In this document: positions 8,684 through 16,153 of the stretch, one piece after another
How the letters are laid out: each line of letters starts with the position of its first letter
Numbering within the stretch: position 1 is the stretch's first letter
Sequence record: NC_110934.1
Source: Klebsiella phage KPP2018
Direction: 5' to 3' (one strand)
DNA: 64,000 bases
Program-made: the position numbers and the translations under genes
Notes under the pieces: generated by a model
The model's database searches: none
What the model was told of the DNA's origin: nothing
What the model saw: only the letters and a program-made list of their open reading frames with translations

Positions 8684-8804
8684 TTCTAGACAGGACTCGA
8701 ACCTGTTATCACTTGTGCGGACTTACGAGAACCATTCTTTCACTCGAATCGAACGAGCTTCTGCCCTCGCCAAGCTGGTTTCCCCGTCAACCACGCTAGA
8801 ATGT
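8684..8804 (-). other. 120-nt tRNA-like element: acceptor-like closing stem ATTCTAG/CTAGAAT enclosing two T-arm hairpins; no CCA
   Basis: Two T-arm motifs (GCTCG TTCGATT CGAGT and ACAGG TTCGAGT CCTGT). Confidence 0.4.
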
Positions 8805-8924
8805 TTAATTGTTTTCAGTGCAAGAGTCCGAGTCTTGGACACGACCGCTTCGCAAGTACATAGGCAGCTTATCATGAATCAGCACTTCCGAATTGCTAGC
8901 TCCGTGTTCTGCACTGAAATTTTA

Positions 8925-9272
8925 TTAGTTTAACCGTAAAGTATTATCTACTTCACCATTAATTGTTCGGCATTCTTCTGGGATTGCCGGGGTGGCCTTG
9001 TATTCCCACCATTCAGAACCGTCATATTCACCACGTTCTAACCAAGTTCCATCAGTAAACCATACGTTACCATAAAGCAATTGTCCACCGAAACCAGAAT
9101 CATATTTAAAGTCTAGATTATTTAGAAAATCTTCAATATCTTTTTCTGTATAACCTACGGGTAATACCCAAACTTCTTTGTCCCCATAATAACCGAATTC
9201 TATCTTAATACACTTAACTTCAGACTTAGTATTCTTTAGGGCAAGTAACAACTCTTCTTTAGCATTAATCAT
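8925..9272 (-). CDS. Hypothetical protein, 115 aa
   Basis: ORF. Confidence 0.6.
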   Translation of the reverse strand: MINAKEELLLALKNTKSEVKCIKIEFGYYGDKEVWVLPVGYTEKDIEDFLNNLDFKYDSGFGGQLLYGNVWFTDGTWLERGEYDGSEWWEYKATPAIPEECRTINGEVDNTLRLN

Positions 9273-9298
9273 AACATATTTCTCGTGCTAGTTTAATT

Positions 9299-9375
9299 TG
9301 GCGCGACCGATGGGATTCGAACCCACATTCTCTCCAGTGACAGGGGAGTACCATTACCAAGCCAGCCCCGGTCGC
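9299..9375 (-). tRNA. tRNA-Asp (GTC); copy 1 carries a C31:U39 mismatch (9336 a), whereas copy 2 has a paired G
   Basis: Loop CTGTCAC; G73; the one SNP found between the copies. Confidence 0.75.
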
Positions 9376-9384
9376 ATAATTCAT

Positions 9385-9570
9385 TTACTCAGCTTTGAGT
9401 TTTTCAATAGCTGCATTAAGTTCCTTAAGAAACTCTTTTCGTACATTAAGACGATTAAGACTTACTAGTATATCATGTTTAAGTTCTTCGATATATTTCT
9501 TCTCAACTTCAATATTGTTGATAGTGCTATCACGATGAACTTCTAGCTGCGCAATTACATTCTTGGACAT
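9385..9570 (-). CDS. Coiled-coil small protein, 61 aa
   Basis: ORF. Confidence 0.45.
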   Translation of the reverse strand: MSKNVIAQLEVHRDSTINNIEVEKKYIEELKHDILVSLNRLNVRKEFLKELNAAIEKLKAE

Positions 9571-9672
9571 GCTTGTTTCCTCAGTTATTAATAAAAATGG
9601 TATCTGTGGCTGAATTCGATATCAGCAATGATAGCTGGTTGGCTACCGGTTTACTTAACTCTACACAGAATT

Positions 9673-9755
9673 TGGCGGGCCGTGTAGGATTCGAACCTAC
9701 GTTGTCTTTCGACATGGATTAACAGTCCACCGCCAAACCGCTTGGCTAACGACCC
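9673..9755 (-). tRNA. tRNA-Asn (GTT) with an unusual 13-nt extra arm
   Basis: Loop CTGTTAA; extra arm GTCGAAAGACAAC. Confidence 0.65.
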
Positions 9756-9907
9756 TAAATTTATATTGCTGACTAGGATTTTCACCTAGACGGAGTTAGC
9801 ACCGTAGCGTGTAGCGGCATACCCCTCCAAACCGTGCCTCATCTTTCAATTACGGAGACAGTGTTCCTACGCGTGCCTGAATTGATTTAACAATTCTTTC
9901 AGCAAAT
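9756..9907 (-). ncRNA. Unassigned structured non-coding stretch between tRNA-Asn and tRNA-Cys
   Basis: Hairpins; no ORF. Confidence 0.2.
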
Positions 9908-9983
9908 TGGACGACCGCATGAGATTTGAACTCACATAAGAAGGATTTGCAATCCTTCTCCTAAGCCATTCAGCCAACGGTCG
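9908..9983 (-). tRNA. tRNA-Cys (GCA), U73
   Basis: Loop TTGCAAA. Confidence 0.75.
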
Positions 9984-10007
9984 ATTTATCTTGTTCTGTC
10001 ATGTTGC

Positions 10008-10075
10008 TCCCCCAGTTCAATTTATGTAATTATTATACAGAACTTTTGGAAACTAAGCAACTACATTTTTTAAGA
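10008..10075 (-). promoter_or_regulatory. T5-type early promoter firing into the tRNA block
   Basis: Motif family. Confidence 0.65.
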
Positions 10076-10340
10076 ATTTGATGCCTTTCTTTCTCTTCTT
10101 ATATTTCCACGTTAATGGATTCTGTCGATTATGAACACTTGAGATCTTTGTCTCATCAAAGTTCTTCAATATCATGTAATCACAAGATAGTTGTTCTAAT
10201 GGAATGTGATCACCGTCAAAAGCGTGTACATAAGGTTGTTGACTAGCACGATAATGATAGACTTTGTTAATTCTACGTTTCAGCGACTTATCCGCGCAGT
10301 AAATAAAGAAGTTTTCAGGATGCATCAGCAGCTCCTTCAA
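10053..10340 (-). CDS. Hypothetical protein, 95 aa
   Basis: ORF. Confidence 0.55.
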   Translation of the reverse strand: MKELLMHPENFFIYCADKSLKRRINKVYHYRASQQPYVHAFDGDHIPLEQLSCDYMILKNFDETKISSVHNRQNPLTWKYKKRKKGIKFLKNVVA

Positions 10341-10417
10341 TTTGGTGCACCCTGTTCGTATCGAACGAACCTCTCAAGCTCTTCAGGCAAGCGCTAATCC
10401 ATCTCAGCTAAAGGTGC
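10341..10417 (-). tRNA. tRNA-Phe (GAA)? The anticodon stem is weak
   Basis: Loop CTGAAGA; two T:T mismatches in the stem. Confidence 0.45.
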
Positions 10418-10424
10418 AAATTTT

Positions 10425-10495
10425 GGCAGGGGTAAAGGTATTCGAAACCTTTTCATGGGTTTTGGAGGCCCATTTGCAACCTATGCGTACCCCAA
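10425..10495 (-). tRNA. tRNA-Trp (CCA), compact 71 nt with a reduced D-arm
   Basis: Loop CUCCAAA, as in E. coli tRNA-Trp. Confidence 0.55.
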
Positions 10496-10504
10496 TTATT
10501 AATT

Positions 10505-10578
10505 GGCACACCCAACGAGGATCGAACTCGTGTTCCCACTGTGAAAGAGTGGTGTCCTAACCGCTAGACGATAGGTGC
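10505..10578 (-). tRNA. tRNA-Glu (TTC)
   Basis: Loop CTTTCAC. Confidence 0.7.
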
Positions 10579-10585
10579 ATTAAAT

Positions 10586-10673
10586 TGGTGGGGAAAGATG
10601 GAGTCGAACCACCCGAGTCGCAATGACAACTGATTTACAGTCAGCTCTGCTACCACTTACAGAATATTTCCCC
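10586..10673 (-). tRNA. tRNA-Tyr (GTA), type II
   Basis: Loop CUGUAAA; A73. Confidence 0.75.
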
Positions 10674-10803
10674 ATATTTAGAAGTATTCAAAAATTCTCA
10701 TTTAAACACTTTTAAATATGTTTCCAAATTAGATAAATATTATATCAAGTTTTATAGTATTGGGCAAGTCAAATTTTAAAGAACTTGCCCAATGCTGTAT
10801 TAG

Positions 10804-11079
10804 TTAGTCGAACTTAGGAGTGACAGTTAAGGAGAACGGAAGTTCAAAAACTTCTTCGCCCTCATCACTAATAGTGATTACACGACCTTTAAGTTCAGAC
10901 ATTGAAATATCAATATCAGCTTTTGCATCTGGAGCCATGCCAGCTTCAATACATTTAGCTTTAATTTCCGGCAGAAGTTCTACATCGTAGAAATAAAGCC
11001 ATTCAATCTCACCTTCCCAGCCTTCCCAGGATTTACAGATTGCACTTTCAATACCAGCAGCTATAACACGATTTTGCAT
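10804..11079 (-). CDS. Acidic hypothetical protein, 91 aa
   Basis: ORF; promoter at 11088..11162. Confidence 0.6.
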   Translation of the reverse strand: MQNRVIAAGIESAICKSWEGWEGEIEWLYFYDVELLPEIKAKCIEAGMAPDAKADIDISMSELKGRVITISDEGEEVFELPFSLTVTPKFD

Positions 11080-11087
11080 TCGTTAAC

Positions 11088-11162
11088 TCCTTCATCAATT
11101 TATATAACTATTATATCAGAAATTTAAAGCAAAAGGCAAGTACATTTTTAAAAATTCTGTTT
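11088..11162 (-). promoter_or_regulatory. T5-type early promoter
   Basis: Motif family. Confidence 0.7.
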
Positions 11163-11169
11163 GGAGGAG

Positions 11170-11376
11170 CTAAACTCCAGATTCTTCAGCCAAGTCTAGA
11201 CTAATAAGAGATATAGCCATAATTGCTGCTCCGTGCTCTTTTTCTCCAGTCTCTTTAGCTAGAGTTATAATATCAAGAAATTGCTTATGAAAATCTGCAA
11301 CCTCTTGAGTTATACCTGCCTCAGCAATCATGCCTTTAAGCATGAAGCGTTGTGCGGTAATTTCAGGATTAGCCAT
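11170..11376 (-). CDS. Hypothetical protein, 68 aa
   Basis: ORF. Confidence 0.5.
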   Translation of the reverse strand: MANPEITAQRFMLKGMIAEAGITQEVADFHKQFLDIITLAKETGEKEHGAAIMAISLISLDLAEESGV

Positions 11377-11551
11377 GTTGTTTCTCCAGTTTCATCTTTA
11401 ATAGTCTACAAATAAAATCAATGTCTTCATCCGTGCCTAGATCTCTATCTTCAAGGGTTGCCTTGAAGTTTTTAGTCAATTCCATGAGAATAACTTCTCT
11501 AGAACGACGTGTTGGCGGAGGTGGATGTCTATACATCTTATTTCCTTAATT

Positions 11552-11628
11552 TGGTAGGGGTGGTGGGATTCGAACCCACAAAACCTGAATTTTAAGTCCA
11601 GTACCTATGCCAATTCGATTACACCCCC
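11552..11628 (-). tRNA. Atypical type-I tRNA with Leu anticodon TAA, A73 and a 5-nt variable loop
   Basis: Loop CTTAAAA. Confidence 0.55.
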
Positions 11629-11635
11629 ATGTAGT

Positions 11636-11824
11636 TTAGTCAATTACTTTTGAGGCTTCAAGGTAGTCGATATAGTGTACGTTTTCTACCGTAATCATAT
11701 AATCCGCCACTTTATCCATAGCTTGGGCTTCAGAGGTAGCTCTGGCTAACCTATATCCTTTTCTATACTCATCCGGGTATTCTCTATCTTGAATAAACAC
11801 AACATAAACTATATATAGATCCAT
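11636..11824 (-). CDS. Hypothetical protein, 62 aa
   Basis: ORF. Confidence 0.45.
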   Translation of the reverse strand: MDLYIVYVVFIQDREYPDEYRKGYRLARATSEAQAMDKVADYMITVENVHYIDYLEASKVID

Positions 11825-11843
11825 TTGTGACCTCTATTTAATT

Positions 11844-11921
11844 TGGTGGCTCCCCGAGGATTCGAACCTACGTACCTTCCGGTTATGAGCCGGGTGCTCA
11901 TACCATATGAGCTTGAGAACC
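11844..11921 (-). tRNA. tRNA-Met/Ile2 (CAT); the third CAT tRNA
   Basis: Loop CTCATAA. Confidence 0.6.
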
Positions 11922-11927
11922 AAAATC

Positions 11928-12016
11928 TGGCGGAAGAAGTGGGAATCGAACCCACAAGGCTATATTTCAAACCGACAGATTAGCAATCTGCTGCAATACC
12001 ATTATGCTATTCTTCC
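11928..12016 (-). tRNA. tRNA-Ser (GCT), type II
   Basis: Loop TTGCTAA; G73. Confidence 0.75.
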
Positions 12017-12037
12017 GAATTTATAAGATATATTATA

Positions 12038-12607
12038 TTAGAAATTTAGCTTCATAGCAAGAAAATTTTTCAAGTTTTCGGTAGACATCTCATCCACATC
12101 TACAGGAGAAACAAATCCATTTAATTGTCTAGCAAACTTTTCACCAGCAGGATCATTGTCCCCAACAGCTACCAATTTAAAAGGTAGTAATTTCAGTTGC
12201 TTTAATAACGCTTTTCCTGGAGAAGAACCCAACATTGCCAGGGCTGGATAACCCGCATTATGTAATGCAACTGCCTTAAATACAGATTCAGCAATCAATA
12301 CTACTTTTTCATCCCCATTGAGAGTTTCTAGTCCCCATACACACTGTGTAGTAGAATAAGTAAAGTATTTAGCTTCAAAGGGGCACTTACCATGACCTTT
12401 TGGAGCAGAAGGATTATAAGTTTGATAGCCCCTCAACATTCCAGAGAAATCATACAACGGGACTGTTAGCCACCCTTCCGGACTTAACCAGCAATGATAT
12501 TTATCTGTATCAAATCCTCTAGATAAGAGGTGCTGTGTTAGCTCATCAACATTCATATTTGGTTCCTCTCTCAAATTTATAGATATATTATACAGAGAAT
12601 TTAGCAT
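12038..12607 (-). CDS. TOPRIM-domain protein (small primase-like), 189 aa
   Basis: VVLIAES...VAVGDNDPAG resembles the Toprim E and DxD motifs. Confidence 0.55.
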   Translation of the reverse strand: MLNSLYNISINLREEPNMNVDELTQHLLSRGFDTDKYHCWLSPEGWLTVPLYDFSGMLRGYQTYNPSAPKGHGKCPFEAKYFTYSTTQCVWGLETLNGDEKVVLIAESVFKAVALHNAGYPALAMLGSSPGKALLKQLKLLPFKLVAVGDNDPAGEKFARQLNGFVSPVDVDEMSTENLKNFLAMKLNF

Positions 12608-12625
12608 TCAAGCAATCAAATTTTT
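12548..12625 (-). promoter_or_regulatory. T5-type early promoter
   Basis: Motif family. Confidence 0.7.
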
Positions 12626-12731
12626 TAACTTTTTAGAGGAAAATCATAGGGCACTTAAGGGTAGCAGATAAGTGGTGAGGACCAAAATTTGTGACCCCAC
12701 TAAAAATCCAGGGGCAATTTTTAAAGACCCC

Positions 12732-12760
12732 TTGACATTTTCGCTGGGGTAGTGTAAAGT
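12732..12760 (+). promoter_or_regulatory. Sigma70 promoter (TTGACA, 17-nt spacer, TG-TAAAGT) for the plus-strand low-complexity operon; copy at 42196..42224
   Basis: Read directly. Confidence 0.6.
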
Positions 12761-12822
12761 ATATGTTATGGATGAGTGATCAAAGAGACACACATTTTCT
12801 ATATACTAGGAGGTGTCAAAAA

Positions 12823-13593
12823 ATGACAGAAGAAGTAGCTAAGAGTCCTGAGACCGTCGCTAGCGTTGCAGCAGAACTGCACCGTCACGAGGAATCAGAT
12901 AAGAAAAAGTGGGAGAAGGTCAGAGCCTACGAAGAGAAACATCGTGAACACGATGAAGATGATGAAGAAGATGACGATGATGAGTATTGTCATAAATATG
13001 GAAAACGTAAAATGCAAGAACCAGTAAACGTATTCACTAGTGGCTTCCCTGGCCTAATGGGTGGTTACCCAGCAAACGCAGGTGCTTTCGGTGGTGAAGG
13101 TATGGGACTATTCGGAGCTATCCTAATCGGTGCTCTATTAACAGGCGGATTCGGTGGTTTTGGTGGATTTGGTGGACGTGGTGTAGTTGGTGAAGGTACC
13201 GCAGTTGATGCAGTACTTCAGAACCAAGATACCGCTAGTATTCTAGCAGCTATTAACACTACTCGTACAGAAGCTAACCAGGGTACTGGAGCTGTTTTAA
13301 GCGCAGTTAACAATGGTTTTAGCCAGACATCCCAAAACCAGAGCCGTGATACTCAGTCTGTACTAACTACGATCTATGGTACGGGTGCTAATCTGTCTAA
13401 TCAAATCTGCCAGGAAACTCGCAACGTTATTCAGGGTCAGTTCGATCTTTCTCGCCAGATTGATCAATCTTTCGCAGCTAACCAGATAGCTCGTGCACAA
13501 GATAAGTTTGATTCTGCACAGATCGCTTTCCAGCAGACTTTACAAACTAATAACCAGTTTGCCGCTGTTCAGGCTCAGATGTGTGCTAACCAG
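12823..13593 (+). pseudogene. 5' 257 codons of the Gly-rich/acidic protein gene (intact copy 42287..43279), cut off by the repeat junction
   Basis: Identical to copy 2 up to 13593, then reads into unrelated sequence. Confidence 0.85.
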
Positions 13594-13699
13594 TTATGAT
13601 AATGATCAAATCGATCAGCAAACGGCGGGCTTTTTGCTGGACACGCTGAAAGCGGAACACTGCACTAAAAAGCAAGCGGCAAAAATTATTTTAATGTAA
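13594..13699 (+). pseudogene. C-terminal fragment (...DNDQIDQQTAGFLLDTLKAEHCTKKQAAKIILM) of a gene whose 5' part is missing
   Basis: In-frame coding-like sequence that starts exactly at the junction. Confidence 0.5.
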
Positions 13700-13747
13700 T
13701 TAATAAAGGGGCGAAAGTAACGCCCCACTAACTAGGGAGTATTACAA

Positions 13748-13897
13748 ATGATTATTTTTCGAGCTATTCTGGCGGGTATCTTGGGCGCTATTTTATCTTT
13801 GTTTGCAATAGCTTTCGATGTTCACGCGGTTATTATCGGCGCGGGTATCGCTGCATTTTCTTATCTGCTGGGCTGCATGACTAGTAAAGGAGAATAA
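13748..13897 (+). CDS. 49-aa membrane peptide
   Basis: Hand-translated MIIFRAILAGILGAILSLFAIAFDVHAVIIGAGIAAFSYLLGCMTSKGE. Confidence 0.45.
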   Translation: MIIFRAILAGILGAILSLFAIAFDVHAVIIGAGIAAFSYLLGCMTSKGE

Positions 13898-13899
13898 AA

Positions 13900-14112
13900 A
13901 TGATCCGCAACGTTTCTCTTGCACGTTCGAAAGGCTTTAAGCTGGTGGATGCTAACACGTTCGAGCGGGAAGATTGTAAAATCGAATATGTAGCACGTAA
14001 CAAAAATGCCTTTCGTGTTACTGAGAAAAAATTTGATAAGCGCGGCAACGTGATCGCTGAAACGGTTAAGCACTTTGCCACCTTTTACGCTGCGTTTCGT
14101 GGGGTACTATGA
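13900..14112 (+). CDS. Hypothetical protein, 70 aa
   Basis: ORF; its stop overlaps the next start (ATGA). Confidence 0.5.
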   Translation: MIRNVSLARSKGFKLVDANTFEREDCKIEYVARNKNAFRVTEKKFDKRGNVIAETVKHFATFYAAFRGVL

Positions 14113-14249
14113 AAAGCGTTATCGTTATTGCCCTTGCAATGGTTGGCGGTTTTACCGCCACCTTATTCAAAAATGACCCCATTTCATTGGGGATCTTTAT
14201 GTTATTATCTGGCTATCTAATTGGGAGGTTGTCAAATGGTTATTTATGA
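14109..14249 (+). CDS. 46-aa membrane peptide
   Basis: MKSVIVIALAMVGGFTATLF... Confidence 0.45.
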   Translation: MKSVIVIALAMVGGFTATLFKNDPISLGIFMLLSGYLIGRLSNGYL

Positions 14250-14580
14250 GGGCAATCGTTTTGTTGCTAATTGCCGTCCTGCATTATTAGCAAACTACTT
14301 AAATCAGCTTTCCCCAGCTTATAAGGGTGTTATTAATATTTATGAGGGCAAGGCGCATTATAAAATCAATGCGGTCGTTGCCCGTGAACTAGCATTTCAA
14401 TTTTTGACCTTTGCATCTTGTGATATTCAGGTCATGGGGGAAGCATTAATTGCAGAAAATGAAGATGATTTTATTAATATTTTCCGCAAGATATGCACCG
14501 AGCGGCTGATAATGAAAGGCGCGTATATTCAATCCACGGCTGATAGTATTGAAACAGCGTTTCGAAAGGTGGCGCAATGA
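14236..14580 (+). CDS. Hypothetical protein of about 114 aa
   Basis: ORF 14221..14580; an SD-like ggaggt sits upstream of the Met at 14236. Confidence 0.5.
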   Translation: MVIYEGNRFVANCRPALLANYLNQLSPAYKGVINIYEGKAHYKINAVVARELAFQFLTFASCDIQVMGEALIAENEDDFINIFRKICTERLIMKGAYIQSTADSIETAFRKVAQ

Positions 14581-14735
14581 AAAAGTTTTTAATAGCTGGC
14601 ATGTTTCCGTTGTTGCCTTATGTAATTTGCTGGGCTTTATACGCTCATGGCGCTAGTGTTCCCGCTGTGGCTTCATTTGGTGTATCGGCGGGCTTTCTAG
14701 CTGGACTATTAGCAAGCGTATACTTACGCAAATAA
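14577..14735 (+). CDS. 52-aa membrane peptide
   Basis: MKKFLIAGMFPLLPYVICWALY...; start overlaps the upstream stop. Confidence 0.45.
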   Translation: MKKFLIAGMFPLLPYVICWALYAHGASVPAVASFGVSAGFLAGLLASVYLRK

Positions 14736-14754
14736 TTAATAATGGGGCGTTATT

Positions 14755-14949
14755 ATGAGCAATAAAATTGTTGTAACCAAAATCAGTACAATGGTTGATG
14801 TTTTTTACGTGCCCGATACGCCGGAAAACCGACAAGCGGTCGAGCGTGGAGAATATGATAAAGTGATTTATGATCACGATGGTTATTATCAGCATTTAGT
14901 GGATTCCTACGGGGAGGAGGAGAAGATCACGCATCGACTACCAGACTAA
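14755..14949 (+). CDS. Hypothetical protein, 64 aa
   Basis: ORF. Confidence 0.5.
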   Translation: MSNKIVVTKISTMVDVFYVPDTPENRQAVERGEYDKVIYDHDGYYQHLVDSYGEEEKITHRLPD

Positions 14950-14983
14950 TAATCACGGGGCGCAACTATCAGGAAGTGCCCCC

Positions 14984-15013
14984 AATTCTCAAATGAGAAT
15001 GATTCTCATTTGA
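14984..15013. repeat. Perfect 23-bp palindrome caaatgagaatgattctcatttg
   Basis: Read directly; the same core recurs in iteron family 1. Confidence 0.8.
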
Positions 15014-15233
15014 CCGCGCCCGCGATGGTTAGCCTGCTAATGGTTAGGGTGTTACGTGTCGCCTTGTGTGATCGTTAGCGTGCTAACTAATTTTCAAGCC
15101 TCCTTCAATTTTGCCCTTGTTTTAGTATCCCCAACAAAATTAAACGCGTTAGAATGCGTTTGAGAGCGTTTTAACGCTATATTAGAATTATTCACTGCGT
15201 AGGAATACTGTATATTTATACAGTAGGATAAGC

Positions 15234-15242
15234 TGTGGATAA
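15234..15242 (-). promoter_or_regulatory. DnaA box (TTATCCACA on the minus strand)
   Basis: Plus strand reads tgtggataa, the exact consensus. Confidence 0.7.
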
Positions 15243-15245
15243 GTC

Positions 15246-15254
15246 TGTTGATAA
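15246..15254 (-). promoter_or_regulatory. DnaA-like box (TTATCAACA, 1 mismatch)
   Basis: Plus strand reads tgttgataa. Confidence 0.5.
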
Positions 15255-15306
15255 CGCTTCAAAACGGCTAGAATTTTGTCAAGTCAAATCGTGCTGTTAG
15301 TAAGTC

Positions 15307-15315
15307 TGTGGATAA
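15307..15315 (-). promoter_or_regulatory. DnaA box (TTATCCACA)
   Basis: tgtggataa; the flanks repeat the first box (aagtctgtKgataac). Confidence 0.7.
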
Positions 15316-15392
15316 CTTAAATAACAGTGTTTCTCACTTCCGTTCTTAAATGAGAATCATTATCATTTGCATTTCACTATCTAACTAATAAT

Positions 15393-15525
15393 CATTCCGC
15401 TTTTTAAATGAGAATCATTCCGCTTTTTAAATGAGATTGATTCTCATTCCGCTTTTTAAATGCGAATTATTATCATTCTCATTCCGCTTTTTAAATGAGA
15501 ATGATTCTTATTATCATTCGTATTT
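15393..15525. repeat. Iteron family 1: 4 direct copies of cattccgctttttaaatgagaat(N)att at 15393, 15416, 15445 and 15480, each with a palindromic aaatgagaat/attctcattt core
   Basis: Read directly. Confidence 0.85.
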
Positions 15526-15551
15526 AGCGCAGGGCAATTGCCCTGCGCTTT

Positions 15552-16153
15552 TGTGCAAATCCGACATTGCTCCACGGGTGTTACGTGCGGGCGTGTATGT
15601 GCGAATCCGACAATCTTTGGTAGTGTGCAAATCCGACCCGAAAAATTTTTATAGTGTGCAAATCCGACAATGAATTTTCCCAAAAACTCCAGCAATCTCG
15701 AACTGCGTTCGAATCCTGTGGGGTATGTGCAAATTCGACACGGTTTTTCTAGGATTAAGATGTGCAAATCCGACAAGATTTTTGTGACTTCGATTGGAGG
15801 GTGTGTGATTGTGTGGGTTTGGGGAGAAGATGAGAGAGCGAGAGAAAATAAGGGAAGAAACTGGAGGAGCAGCATGGGTGGCGTGTAACGCCTGATTTGC
15901 TGCGTTTTTGGGGAAGAGTTGAGAAGATTTGGGTTAATTGGGCTTGGGGCGAGATAAAGTAAAATTTTATTAGCAAAATGGGGCAAAATAGCTTGACAAG
16001 TGAAAATTCCTGTGGCTCTAAAAACTCAGGCAATCATGGGCCTTCGGCCCGAAATAATGCTGCTATTTTCAGGAGATTATATGTGCCTAAAAACTTAGGC
16101 ATTTGTGCAAATCCGACCATAAATTTCTAGAAACACAATGTGCAAATCCGACA
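15552..16153. repeat. Iteron family 2: 8 copies of TGTGCAAATCCGACA (0-1 mismatches) at 15552, 15598, 15624, 15655, 15726, 15761, 16104 and 16139
   Basis: Read directly. Confidence 0.85.

Larger units (their letters stand above)
1..13593. repeat. Copy 1 of a 13,593-bp near-exact direct repeat; copy 2 is at 29465..43057
   Basis: Every ORF translation in 1..13593 recurs at +29464, and the spot-checked non-coding stretches match base for base. The copies diverge at 13594 vs 43058. One SNP was found (9336 a vs 38800 c). Confidence 0.95.

Noticed and set aside
12763-12822. ORF-track start (MLWMSDQRDTHFLYTRRCQK...) for the Gly-rich gene
   Set aside because: The promoter -10 sits at 12755..12760 and a perfect aggagg SD lies 8 nt upstream of the ATG at 12823 (42287 in copy 2). 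The longer ORF would begin upstream of its own promoter.
13493-13699. ORF 13493..13699 spanning the repeat junction
   Set aside because: It fuses an out-of-frame piece of the Gly-rich gene to the foreign C-terminal fragment. It is an artefact of the junction, not a gene.
15456-16033. ORF-track ORFs 15456..15986(-), 15431..15673(+), 15670..15888(+) and 15755..16033(-)
   Set aside because: They lie entirely within the iteron/palindrome DNA, have Pro/Ser/Leu-rich low-complexity translations and no RBS, and are mutually overlapping. I treat them as non-coding.
15393-16153. Could the two repeat arrays be a CRISPR array?
   Set aside because: The units are 15-35 bp with irregular 23-330-nt spacing, the two families differ, and there are no equal-length unique spacers, no leader and no cas genes. 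They behave like iterons or binding-site arrays.
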